Shown: piece after piece, positions 25,301-37,257 of the stretch | How positions within the stretch are numbered: position 1 is the stretch's first letter | How the letters are laid out: each line of letters opens with the position of its first letter | From: Ruditapes philippinarum | Taxonomy: Eukaryota | DNA length: 64,000 nucleotides | Direction of reading: 5' to 3' | NCBI RefSeq assembly: GCF_026571515.1 | Contig: NW_026852039.1 | Span: 124,001-188,000 of the forward strand | Position numbers and translations under genes: made by a program | Notes under the pieces: model-generated | The model's input: the letters and a program-made list of their open reading frames with translations, nothing else | Database searches by the model: none | Told to the model about the DNA's origin: nothing

Positions 25301-28300
25301 GTGAAATGTTATTTTGAAACCATATTTAAGTTATTAGTCCTGTATAATTGTCATAGTTTAGTTGGTATACATTTATTTTATTTAGATTGTGTTGGAAACT
25401 ATAAACTTATTGAAATACTCTTGAATCCATTCCTGGTACCAACCAGTACTAAACAATGAATATAAAGTTTCTTGCTCAAAGAAACAATGGCTTGCCCCTT
25501 ATGGGGTTTAAATTAGCATAGTTAAAGGAAAGTTGAAAGCATTATTAGTCCCCTACCGGTTTACCGGAGGGGACTTTAGGTTTACCCTCCGTCCGTCTGT
25601 CTGTCCGTCCATCCGTCTGTCTGTCTGTCAGTCCGTCCGTCCACAAAACTGGATCCCGCGATAACTTGAAAAGTACTGAAAATATTTTTATGAAACTTGA
25701 TATATGGATAGATGGCAGTATGGAGATTATGCACGTCTTTTTCTTTTCTTCCTATGTTGAAAATTCTGGTTGCTATGGCAACAAATTTTACATATAAACT
25801 GGATCCAGTGATAACACAAAAAGTACTGGAAATATTTTTATGAAACTTGAAATATGGGTAGATGGCAGTCTGGAGATTATGCACGTCTTTTTCTTTTCTT
25901 TCTATGTTGAAAATTCTGGTTGCTATGGCAACAAATAGACTGAAAATATGGCAAATTTTACACATAAACTGGATCCAGTGTTAACGCCAAAGTAATAGAA
26001 ATATTTTTATGAAACTTGTAATATGGGTAGATGGCAGTCTGGAGATTATGCACGTCATTTTCTTTTCTTCCTATGTTGAAAATTCTGGTTGCTATGGCAA
26101 CACATAGACTGAAAATATTGCAAATTTTACACATAAACTGAATCCAGTGATAACTCAAAAAGTACTGGAAATATTTTTATGAAACTTGACATATGGGTAG
26201 ATGGCAGTCTTGAGATTATGCATGTCTTATCTGTTCTTCCTATTTTGAAAAAATATTGGTTGCCTTGGCAACAAATAGGCTTAAAACATGGCAAATATAA
26301 CAATATTTGTGATTAGTTAAAAAGAGCTGAATTTTTTTTTTAAAATTGCATCTTTAATTCAAGAGTTATCTCCTCTTTAAGAATTTTGCTTTTAAAAATG
26401 TTATATTTTGGTAACAGGGATGTTTCAAATATTAACTTTAGAGTGTCCTTCAGTCCGTCTGTCTGTCTGTTCATAAAAAATGTTTCCTGTGATCACTTTT
26501 AAAGAACTTTTCCAACAAATTTACTTAAAATAGAGAAAAATTGAAACATTAGTGAATAGCCAATGGCCTTTCAGAATGTTGATGGGGTTCTAACCGGTAG
26601 GGGACTTATGGATTGCTTGCAATACTATGATAATTGCTTGTTTCAAATGTTACTTGTTCTAAAACTTGTGTTATCAGTATTAATTCTGTGTATCATTAAC
26701 ATGTTAGTTTCAGGAAAAAGTCGTAGCTAAAGTCTATAAAAATAGAAGTGCTTGATAAATCTAAACCCATATATTTCAGTTAAAATTATCACAGATATGT
26801 AGATTTTGATGTGGAAAATTAAATGCTGTTGAACTTGATTAACAAGTATCCTTTATAGGTTTTATAATTAGAAAATATCAAATAAAGCATTGTCATGCTA
26901 AATATGTATTATGAATGTGTCCTGCTTTAACTGTATAACAGTAACCATAGTAACACAGTATATGATTAATGTGAAACAATTTGAAATGTAAAAGTGGCAA
27001 GTTATTATTAGAGAATTTATTTTTACAGAAGTTAAATCTTGATAATGTTTTATGGTAATGCTTGTCATTATCATCAACAACAGCAGATAGATGCAGATTT
27101 GAACACCAATTACAAATTGAAATATCTTGTATTTTACTTTGTATCATTTATAAATTTGTTTTCAGTATGAGCATTTATATCTTGTATGACAGATAAAATA
27201 ATGTGAAGAAAAAATGAATGTTTCAAAATTCTTACAGGCATAACATTACATTATATTGTTATTTAAAGAAATAGCACTGATTTTCATAAATTGCTCCATT
27301 TGAAGCACTTGGATATACTTGTAGCTGGTAGTAGACAGATTCATATATTTGTGATGTGTTCTCATCTATTATCATTATTTTGTTATATAGACCTTATCAC
27401 ACAAGCAGAGATGACAATTTCTCCAAAACAGTTGAAGACATATTTGAGCGAATTTGTCAAGAAGCATCCAGAGAAACATTCGCGGTACAGTCGGCAAGCA
27501 TGGCTCTACCCTGATAAATCTACAGATACTATATTCCGAGCCGTACAGTCCAGGTTTGAATCATTTATAGACATATAAATAAAAGATAATTTGACACAGT
27601 TTGCTATGTATAAAGAAAAACTGTACAAATCTATTACCTAACTTCATACTGTCTTTTTACATATTAATGGTATCAAGTGTTCTGTACAACACTTTTATAT
27701 TGAAATAACATGAAATACATGACCTCTTTTTTTTCGTTATGAACACTGATGAAACTGTGAGGAATTATTTATAAATAAGCATAATAAATTAGTAAAGCCT
27801 TTGTTGCCGGATGCACAAGTTGTCATACATGGATTCATTTGCCAGTAGTAAATGTGCATCCCTGACGGATATGAAGTTTCATGTTACAGAATGTCAGTAG
27901 TTCTACACAGGTGCCTGGGTCACTGGTTCTGCTTGTAAATCTGGTAAATCAATATGATCTTAACAATGACATTGTGGGTTAAAGGACATAACATGAGAAG
28001 CATACGCTTAATAAGCTACTGATAAGGACTTGCAAAATGTAAGAATGATAACACCTGTATGGAATATTATCTGAGGTTTTGAATTATTCTCTTTACAAAA
28101 GTCTTACCTATCAGCTCCTACTTCTAACCAGTAATGTATCATACATTTCAGGGTGTCACAAGTGGTTGATTTGCCAATGGACTTGATAAGGCTCAGTGAC
28201 TTTCAGGTAAAATACAACTATAAGTTAAAAAGTATTTCAGAAGATATACATGTAGTTTGAAAGACTGATAGATACAGAAGATAAGGCTTTTAAGGCTGAT

Positions 28301-31300
28301 TTCTATAGATATGCCGTTATAAAAGCTGATCTAAGAGCTTTTACCTCATCATAATGCTCTACAGATTTCTTGACAAAGTACATACTAAGCACACCAACAC
28401 TGACAAGCAACAATACTCTTTTCAATACTCTTCTTTTTTTTTTGTGATCGCTTTTCGTCCGCCGTTCGTCTGTCGTCCGTCTGTCGTCCGTCCGTAAACT
28501 TTTACTTTAAATGACATCTCCTCATAAACCGCTAAGCCAATTTCATCCAAACTTTACAGGAATGTTCCTTTGGTGGTCACCTTTAAAAATTGTTCAAAGA
28601 ATTTAATTCCATGCAGAACTCTGGTTGCCATGGCAACCAAAGAAAAAACTTTAAATATCTTCTTTTAAAAAACCCAAATAGCTAGAGTTTAGATATTAAG
28701 CATGAAACATCTTCTAGTGAGTGTCTACAAAGTTTGTTCAAATAAAAGCCCTGGGGTCAAAATTGGCCCCGCCCGGGGGGTCATTGATTTTCCTTATATG
28801 TGTGTAGCAAAAACTGAAAAATCTTCTTTGACAAAACCCAAATAGCTAGAGTTTAGATATTAAACATGCAACATCTTCTAGTAAGTGTCTAAAAAGTTTG
28901 TTCAAATAAAAGCCCTGAGGTCAAAACTGGCCCCGCCCAAGGGGTGTCATTCTTTTTAACTATATGTGTATAATAAAAACTTTAAAAAATCTTCTTTTAA
29001 AAAACCCAAATGAGCTAGAGCTTAGATGTTTAGCATGAAACATCTTCTTATGGGTGTCTACCAAGTTTGTTCAAATAAAAGCCCTTGGGTTACAATTGGC
29101 CCTGCCGGGGGGTAGAGAGGGGGGAAGGTCATTATTTTTCATTATATGTGTGTAGTAAAAACTTAACATCATGAAACATCTTCTAATTGGTGTCTTCCAA
29201 GTTTGTTCAAATAAAATCCTTGGGGTTTAAACTGGCCCCGCTCTGGGGGCCTATATACAGGTGAGCGACCTTAGGGCCATCATGGCCCTCTTGTTTTTTT
29301 TGTATATTAAAAGTACATGTATATTAAAATTTATCTACATGTATTTTAAAACCAGCAAATGTCTTATTATTTTGTCCAGTCAATATTATGACTAGAGATG
29401 GAAAGCTAGCCAGGAGAAAGGCCAAATTGGATAGGGATCACTGTCCTAGTGGTATAACTGCCTGCCTCTCAACCTAGGGACCATGGATTTTAGCCCTACT
29501 TCGTTGACAACCAAGTTTCCTAAATAAAAACACCAGTACTACCAAAAATCAATATATTTAAATTTACCTATATTAGTATTTTTAAAAGGTAGGTCAGTAT
29601 GATTATATTTTAAGAACATTCATATAAATTTATTGTTGTTGATGTAGGTAGTCACATATGGGGTTAAAGGTCACTACAATGCTCATTTGGACTCCTCCCA
29701 TATCATAAAGGATGTTAGATGCTGTGATAGAGGACTTTACAGTAAATGTAGGATTTGCAGGTAAATATCAACATGTTTTATTTTATGAGGAACTTACTGA
29801 CAATTTATCATAGCCTAAAAACTGTGCACATATTGTAGGTATACATTAATGGAGAGGAGAACATGCATTTACAGATAAAATCACATGATTGTTCACCATT
29901 GTGTTGCCATTCTTAAATATGCATGATCCAGGGCATCAAGTAAAATAGCTTCCTGCAGTGACGGCCCAGGTAGTTTTATTATAAAAACATAACTGTCAAA
30001 TGACATTGTACTAGCATGACTGTTATAACAAAGTGAACATAATATCATTGCCCCTAATACCTGTTAAAGCACAGTGAACCTAAAATGATATCTGTGAACA
30101 CAGTGAAAAATAGCATTTCCCCTTATATCCCTTGTAAGATTTCTGAAATATCTCTTCAAACGCAGTGAACAATATCATTTCCCATAATTTGATATCTGTG
30201 AAATATTTGTTTATGTACAGTGAATATGATATTTCCCTTAACATGATATCTGTGAAGTATCTGTTAAAAAGCAATGAACAATATCATTGCCCGAGCCCTT
30301 ATATCTGTACAATACATGATTACAGTGTACATGGTCTAACTAAATCTCTGCAATACATGTTTATACCCCATAAAAATAATCATTACATAGCAAAAGTTTG
30401 TTCAACCATAATATCTCTTCTGTTTACAGGTACATGACAGTGCTTTTCTACTTGAATGAAGTTAAAAGTGGAGGAGAAACAGCTTTCCCATTTGCCAACA
30501 AAGAAAGTATAGATGAAAATGTAGGTATTTTATGTCTTCAATTTCATTCCTTTGTTGGATATTTCAAATTTCTCCCAATGTTAGATCACATTTACCCCAT
30601 TTACTTATGTTAATAAAAAAGATTGCCATGTTGTTTTTTCAGATTAGGAAAAACGCATTTAATAACAATTACTAGTATACCATTACATTGATTATATCAT
30701 TACATAATTGGTTTTATCACATACGCATGCAGCTTTTTCAAATTTGTAAAAATGGTATTGCAAAATGTTTTTGGATGACATTATTTGCATTATACAACCA
30801 TAGCATAAAAGTGTGCTGAATGTTGTGTTACACTATAGGGGCATCAATGGACAAAATGATTATTTTCACTGTAAACTGTTTTCAGGAATGTGGAAATGAA
30901 ATATTCCATTTGTTATGGTCTATTACTAAATTTTTCCAACAAATTAAAATATAATAATATTATTACAGAGGCTCGCAAAATATAATTTATTCAACTTATT
31001 CAGTAATTTTCATATTGAACCTTCACTCATTCAATATCCTCAATGTAATTTTATTTTTTATTTTAGAAAGCTCATATAGATGGAGTTCATCATTTATACA
31101 AGAACTGTGAGAATGCCACACTGCGTGTACCTCCTAAAAAAGGAAAGGCAGTCATCTGGTATAATCATTTTATTGACGACGATACAAACTGGATGGGAGA
31201 GGTCGATGAGTACACATTACACGGAGGTTGTCCCGTCACAGAGGGTGAAAAATGGATTGCTAACTTCTGGATTAAAACCAACAATGACAAGTCAATAGAT

Positions 31301-31333
31301 CTTAAAAAAATGAAGAACTTATATAGCAAATAA
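19373..31333 (+). CDS. P4HTM: Transmembrane prolyl 4-hydroxylase-like 2OG-Fe(II) dioxygenase with two EF-hand loops, 400 aa
   Basis: Exons 19373-19555, 20779-20857, 21169-21323, 22148-22209, 23906-23940, 27391-27553, 28152-28206, 29648-29760, 30430-30520 and 31067-31333 total 1203 nt in an open frame, all GT-AG. Motifs: KPLVFEIEDFLSDDECD, EF loops DVNSDKALSLSE and DSNNDNLITQAE, RYSRQAWL, GHYNAHLDS (HxD), RYMTVLFYLNEVKSGGETAFP and LHGGCPVTEGEKWIANFWI. Orthologue versus paralogue is not resolved. Confidence 0.9.
19780..20665. mobile_element. Degenerate foldback MITE built from ~21-bp GTGCGCACGA-type subrepeats
   Basis: Subrepeats at 19790-20035 are mirrored in the opposite orientation at 20440-20610. 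Confidence 0.55.
24030..24720. repeat. ~24-bp minisatellite (CATGTAACAAGATTGAAATATTCA)
   Basis: Tandem units are visible directly and account for the repetitive ORFs at 24110-24639. Confidence 0.9.
24930..25042. repeat. ~31-33-bp tandem repeat, ~3.5 copies (ACCTTTGTTTACTGTTTAAAATTTTTTGTTTA)
   Basis: Direct tandem copies are visible. Confidence 0.85.
25543..26642 (-). mobile_element. HINE-like element (AGTCCCCTACCGG family), reverse orientation
   Basis: Terminal hairpin AGTCCCCTACCGGTTTACCGGAGGGGACT, (CCGT/CTGT)n, ~150-175-bp tandem units, and a ...GCTTGTT end. Confidence 0.8.
28440..29294 (-). mobile_element. HINE-like element (AGCTCACCTG family) with ~165-bp tandem units
   Basis: (CGTC)n microsatellite and repeated AAGTTTGTTCAAATAAAAGCCC units; ends CAGGTGAGCG...GGGCCATCATGGCCCTCTTGTT. 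Confidence 0.75.
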
Positions 31334-32009
31334 TCTGTAGTGTTTCTTGTATTTTGTTTCGAAGATATATACTATGCTCATCTTTGGTTAAAATACTTTA
31401 ATTGAAATATAGGAAATTCTTACTGAATATGTCTAAATTGAAGTAAAAGAATGTACAAACTGTGCATGGCAATCTACATATTCTATTACTGTTCAAGTAA
31501 ATTTGGTCCTTTTTCAAAAAATTGCCAGATTTTTTAATGACACTATGTATTCCAACTGTGTTTACCAATAGTGTGTTGAGTTTAAAGCGTAATATATCTT
31601 CTCTGTGTGTGCTCAAAAGCTGTTTATTTAAAAGTTAAAAAGAGACTTTTATCTGTATCAGCAATTATCAGTATTTTCAAATAACGAATTTGAGCATAAT
31701 TTATCTTTCAATTAGTGCCTTTCCTTTTTATGTTACTTTTAATTAATATGCTCAAATTGTAGAAAGTGAAAATAATATTAAACTTATGTAACAGTTTTTA
31801 CATTTTGTTGTCACAACCTTTGTGTAAAGATTCTTGTTTTGTTCTGTTTAAAATTTAAATCGCAATAGATTTGCTCAATTTTGTCATAAAGGAAAAATAT
31901 GTGCATTTTGGTCCAAAATGGAAATTGTTCTTTGAAAGCATCTAATTTGTTGATTTGAAATTGACCAATAAATATTTTCACACTGGTCCCCATATGATAT
32001 ATTTTCAAT

Positions 32010-32225
32010 AAATGTTATCCGGAACTTGGCAAATGTGGATTTTCCCCAGCTAATCCATAGGTACAAACAAACTTTACTGTTACAGCTTCACGGTGTTCTA
32101 CCAGTCACAATAGATTAGTCAACCATTTGCGCTAATTTTGGAAGCTGTAACTGTAATATTTTGTTTGTACCTACGGATTAGCTGGGGAAAAAACTTGAAA
32201 TATTTTTAAATTCGGAATAAGTTTA
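32010..32225. repeat. Foldback hairpin / small MITE downstream of the P4HTM-like stop codon
   Basis: TTCCCCAGCTAATCCATAGGTACAAACAAA...TACTGTTACAGCTTC (32042-32088) pairs with GAAGCTGTAACTGTA...TTTGTTTGTACCTACGGATTAGCTGGGGAA (32140-32189). Confidence 0.75.
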
Positions 32226-32617
32226 TTTGGATCTGTAGGGCCGAGGAGAATATCAAACCTATGCATTAATTTATTTCACCAGTTTATCAGTAGTCATTTA
32301 CTATAAATATGTGTTCATTTTTTTGTTTCATTATTTTTGAAAGCTCAATAAAGATATATTTGTACTGCTGCAATAAATTTACAATCAATTTTTGTATATT
32401 TGTAATTAAATTTTTGTTACTGTAGACACATATATTTATATTGTAGAATTTTTTTTCTTTCTTTTTTTGTTGTCTGTAAAATAATTTGTAAAAAGGTTTT
32501 TTTTTTAAATTGATATTATGTTTATTAACTGGAAATTTTAGCCATATGACATATTAATTAGAGCTTTAATGAGATACTTTGGAAAATATGAGGGTTGTCC
32601 CAATACGTAACAGTATT

Positions 32618-33592
32618 TATAGAGATAACATGCTACAGTTTTTTGATATCAATTTTATCAGGTAAGGCTGATATGGACTAGAAAGGGGCAAGGCTTTCCA
32701 GCCCTTTCTGCCTATATTAGCCGAGCCTGATAAAATTGGTTCAAAAACAGTAGCATGCTTTCCTATTTATCATGTAACACATAAATGTAAAAATTAGAAA
32801 AAAAGTTACCTCTACATAACGAATTTTGTAGATAGTGGCATTTTTGTTCAAAGAAATAATTCTTGAAAACAAATTCCTCCTCCCCTGAAGTTTAGAATTT
32901 TTATGTGGCGGCCATTTTTTTCATTCAACTTGAGATAATTTCCATTGATAATAGATACAACACATACAACACACATTGAAATAAAATAAGATTCTTACCT
33001 TTAAACATCGATCCAAAACTATCCCTATGAATCACATAAACTTTACTGCATTTTTTCCCCTGGGCATATCAAATTCAAAAGTTCACCATTATTTCAGTTT
33101 CAATCAAAGTCAAATCAGCAATCAAACACAAGGTACACAAACATGCCTCTTATTTTCTGAACGAAATAATTTGCTCACTTATTTAATAACAATCCATCAA
33201 AACAAAGTAAACATAAATTTACATGTTGTCCGAGAAAATGGTCTACTCTAGTTTCTTATGTTTATACAATAATAATAATGTGAAGGGACATGTCATTTGC
33301 AAAATAAATTATGACATCACTTCATTAAGCTGGAGGTTAACTATTCACTATCTCATTTGTTCTTAATTGAAAACGAAATAAAAACAATAAATATCACATC
33401 TTGATTCAAGACTTGTCAGGGTATGAGATAAAATTGAAGAATTGAAAGGCTGATAAAAATGGGAATTATAAGGTATTAAAACAAGTCCGTTAAAATGGGC
33501 GGGGCTTATTTTTTGATATCACTTACCTGATATTGAAAATAATTATCAGGCAAGTGTTATTGGGCAGTTACAATGGCAATTGCTTGATAAAA
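32618..33592. mobile_element. Non-coding long-hairpin element
   Basis: Palindrome at ~32620-32766 (CATGCTAC...AATTTTATCAGG / CCTGATAAAATT...GTAGCATG). A small distal hairpin CACTTACCTGATA...TATCAGGCAAGTG at 33520-33556 reuses the arm motif. Confidence 0.6.
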
Positions 33593-33948
33593 ATACAAAA
33601 TATTCAACAGGCTTCAGTAAAAATTATAACATTTTTGCACAATGGGACCCAAAGCTGCAACATCATAATCATATATAATGTCAATATTTCTCATTTTCAA
33701 AGTATTCACCCCTAAGAAGGATACACTAGTTGTGTGTGTTTGTCTTATTTTACTTTAGACTGATAAATAACACAATGTGTTCAAAATTATTTCAGGAGCA
33801 GGCATATTTCTTTTAGTCCACTACTTTCTGGGGCAGCCCTCTCATACTAATTACTGTTACTTGAAACATTTTTGTAAAATATATGGCAAAATGATATGGA
33901 TGTTAATGTCTTGTTCATAATGGCAAAATTAGACTTTTGTGTTGTTAA

Positions 33949-34184
33949 CCCTTTCCCACATGAGCATATTGTGAAAAATGGCCGTTTTCAGTGAAAAGCC
34001 TCCTGTTACAAGTTCAAACTGCTATGAAACTATGAAAAATGCTTCAATACTAATCAAACTTGGCACAAATGTTGACTGGACCATTGCCTTTGTAAGGACA
34101 TGCTCAGTCTTAAATTTCCTGTTACCATGGCAACGAGGGGACATCTCAAAAGTGCATTGTTTCGCGTATATATGAGGTAAAGGG
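33949..34184. mobile_element. piggyBac-type MITE
   Basis: TTAA|CCCTTTCCCACAT ... ATGAGGTAAAGGG|TTAA termini with a TTAA duplication. Confidence 0.75.
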
Positions 34185-34887
34185 TTAACTGAAGCTGTGT
34201 CATCAGGCATATCAACTTAATTAAATGCCATTTACATGTATTAAGTTATGATAGTTGTTTATGGTTTACAGGTTTCATGTTTCGTGTATTTTTGTACAGA
34301 TGTATTTCTATATCACTTTTTCAATGTATGTGATATGACATAAGGAAATGAATTTGATGCATTGAATTATTAAATAAATGTAGATTTTCACTGCTTTCTT
34401 CATTTTTAATCCTCCTACGCGAAGCAGGAGGGAATTCTTGGAATGCCCTTGGTCTGTCCATCCGCCATTCCGTCTGTCCTCCACTCCATATTTCTCACAT
34501 TCTGTGAAGGATTTTCAGTTTTTCACAAAACTTGTCTCAAATGTTTTGTCTACTGAGATGATATGTGCAGAGGGCATGAGCCAGCCATTTAAGGTCAAGG
34601 TCACACATGCAGTTACGTATGAACTATTGTGCAGTTATAATGCTAGGGGCAATACTTTCATGCTGTGATCCTTACCATCAACTATCAATCAATTAAAATT
34701 GATCCCCTAAGCAGTCACCAATAGACAGGTACAATTGGATTAAGGGATTATGGCTGCTGTATTAGCTGAACCTGCTGGAAACAAAACTCATGAGATTTTG
34801 CTATCAGTATAGAGCCAAGACAGTCTGCATAGGTCTGACCAGGGTCAATATTTGTAATTGGTTGATTAAATTTTAACCCCAAATAAT

Positions 34888-35938
34888 AACAAGCATATGA
34901 TAGTATTGCGGGCAATACAGTAGTCCCCTACCGGTCCCTCAAAAAGTTCTTTAATTGTCATACACTCCTGTGTATTGCCATTTATAATGAATTTGAGGAT
35001 GAAGTCTGTATTTGAAAATATCGACCACAAAACATAATAAAATAAGTTTGTCTATATCACAGTAATGTGTTAAGTTTCCATGCTTAGTAAGGAAATTATG
35101 TTTATACAACCTTGTCATATTATTACGATGTGGGATTTTAAAGTAAATCCTATAAGGAATGAAGAAGTTGGAGTGAAAATACCAGTTTCTCGAAAAAAAT
35201 CTAAGTTCAAGGGGGACATAATTCTGGAAATAGTCTTGCTAGAGTATTTAACCTTCTCAAAAATGTTGAGTGATAATAAGAAACATATATATGAAGTTTG
35301 AAGTAGATACATTAGGAAATAAAGAAGTTATTTAAAAAAGACAACATTTTTTCCCCTAAAAAATCTAAGTTCAAGGGAGGTAATACTGATATTTTTTGTG
35401 CTAGAGTTATAAACCTTGTCACATATGATGTGGTTGATGACCAGAAACTTATATTTAAAGTTTGAAGTAAACACCTTAAGAAATAAAGAATATATAGGGT
35501 GAAATCTGAAAAATTTAAATCAGAAATCTTGAAATTCAGGCTATTTGTTGCCATAGCAACCAGAATTTTCAACATAAGAAGAAAAGAAAAAGATGTGCAT
35601 AATCTCCAGACTGCCATCTACCCATATTTCAAGTTTCATAAAAATATTTTCAGTACTTTTTGAGTTATCACTGGATCCAGTTTATGTGTTAAATTTGCCA
35701 TATTTTCAGACTATTTGTTGCCATAGCAACCAGAATTTTCAACATAGGAAGAAAAAAAAAGACGTGCATCATCTCCATACTGCCATCTATCCATATATCA
35801 AGTTTCATAAAAATATTTTAAGTACTTTTTGCGTTATCGCGGGATCCAGTTTTGTGGACTGACAGACGGACGGACAGACAGACGGACGGACGGAGGGTAA
35901 ACCTAAAGTCCCCTCCGGTTAAACTGGTAGGGGACTAA
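34888..35938 (+). mobile_element. HINE-like element (AGTCCCCTACCGG family), forward orientation
   Basis: Reverse-complement relative of 25543-26642, with an AACAAG start, (GACG)n and the same terminal hairpin. Confidence 0.8.
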
Positions 35939-37257
35939 TTATGGATAGTTCTTAAAATGACAGCTGGAACAGTCAATTTAAAAAATTTAGCAGCTGCCAG
36001 AAGGTTATGATAGAATGGATGCAGTAATTCAGTGGTAACACTGTGTTACTACAAATCAAGGGGGTCGCAAGTTTGATTCCTTGCTATACCGACTCTAATT
36101 AAAACCAGTCTTTCAGGTGAGACTTCCAAATTGTGGGATTTTGAATCTTTGAAATTTCATCTTAACATCACCAAAATTGATAGTACAGTTCCAAAAATTA
36201 AAAGCATCCAAATCCATTTAGAGAATTCAGTAAAGGTAAATATGGTTTTTTAGAATAATAAGCAATATAAGCAGGACATAGCATCACATTAAATCTGACA
36301 ATTAAAACAAGAGCACAGCAAATTACGCCAGGGCAATATACACAGAATTTAACTTTGTAAAAATAATCAACCCCAGAGACAATTATATCAAATTTGAAGA
36401 CATCCAGGTTATGTTATATGCTAACATCTTAGTTCTTGGTATTGTAGTTTCAAAAAATCATACTGAAATGTGTTTTCTCATACAAGACTACATATCAAGT
36501 AAGTGACCCAGGTGTGTGGGTTGGGGTGGGTGGCGGGGGGTAGGTGCAACCTTGACCTAAGGGGCATGATTAATACTAATTTTCTAGAGGCCAACAAGAC
36601 AATGCTGTATGACAAATATCTAAACTCTTGGCTATGTAGTTTCACCAAAATAAGACTTAATTGTATTTTCCTACACAAAATGTATTGACGTAAATATATA
36701 GGTTGGTCTAACACATAAGATCCGACAAAATTATTGAGGGGATTCATTAAGATTGCTGAAGAAAAACAGAACAGTATCTGACCAACAAGTTTAACCAAAG
36801 TTATTTTCATTGCCTCCTGAATACACCAGAAAGTAACCCAAAACCATATCGGTCATGTCTTTTTTACTATATAAAATGATTTTAACAATGTTTGTAGACC
36901 AAAGGATCATTTTTGTGAAATAGTATTAAAACTATACAAACAAGTTTTTAAAAAAATATTTTTAAAGTTTTAATTTTGGATGCCATGATAACCAGTGTAC
37001 TGCATGGGAACAACTTTAAGAAACTTAAGAAAAAGTTTCACCCAAGGAACATTCCTATGAAGTTTCAGCAATTTAGAAAATACATGTACATGTATTTAAA
37101 GAAAAGAGTGGCTGGGGCAGACATACAAATGGATTGGCACCAGGCAACGAGTGATCACAATAGCTCAACTTTGAGCAAGATATGCTCCGGTGAACTACCA
37201 AGGAAATTATCAAACCACCATTCATGACAAATAACTGGATTTTATATAAAATCAGTT

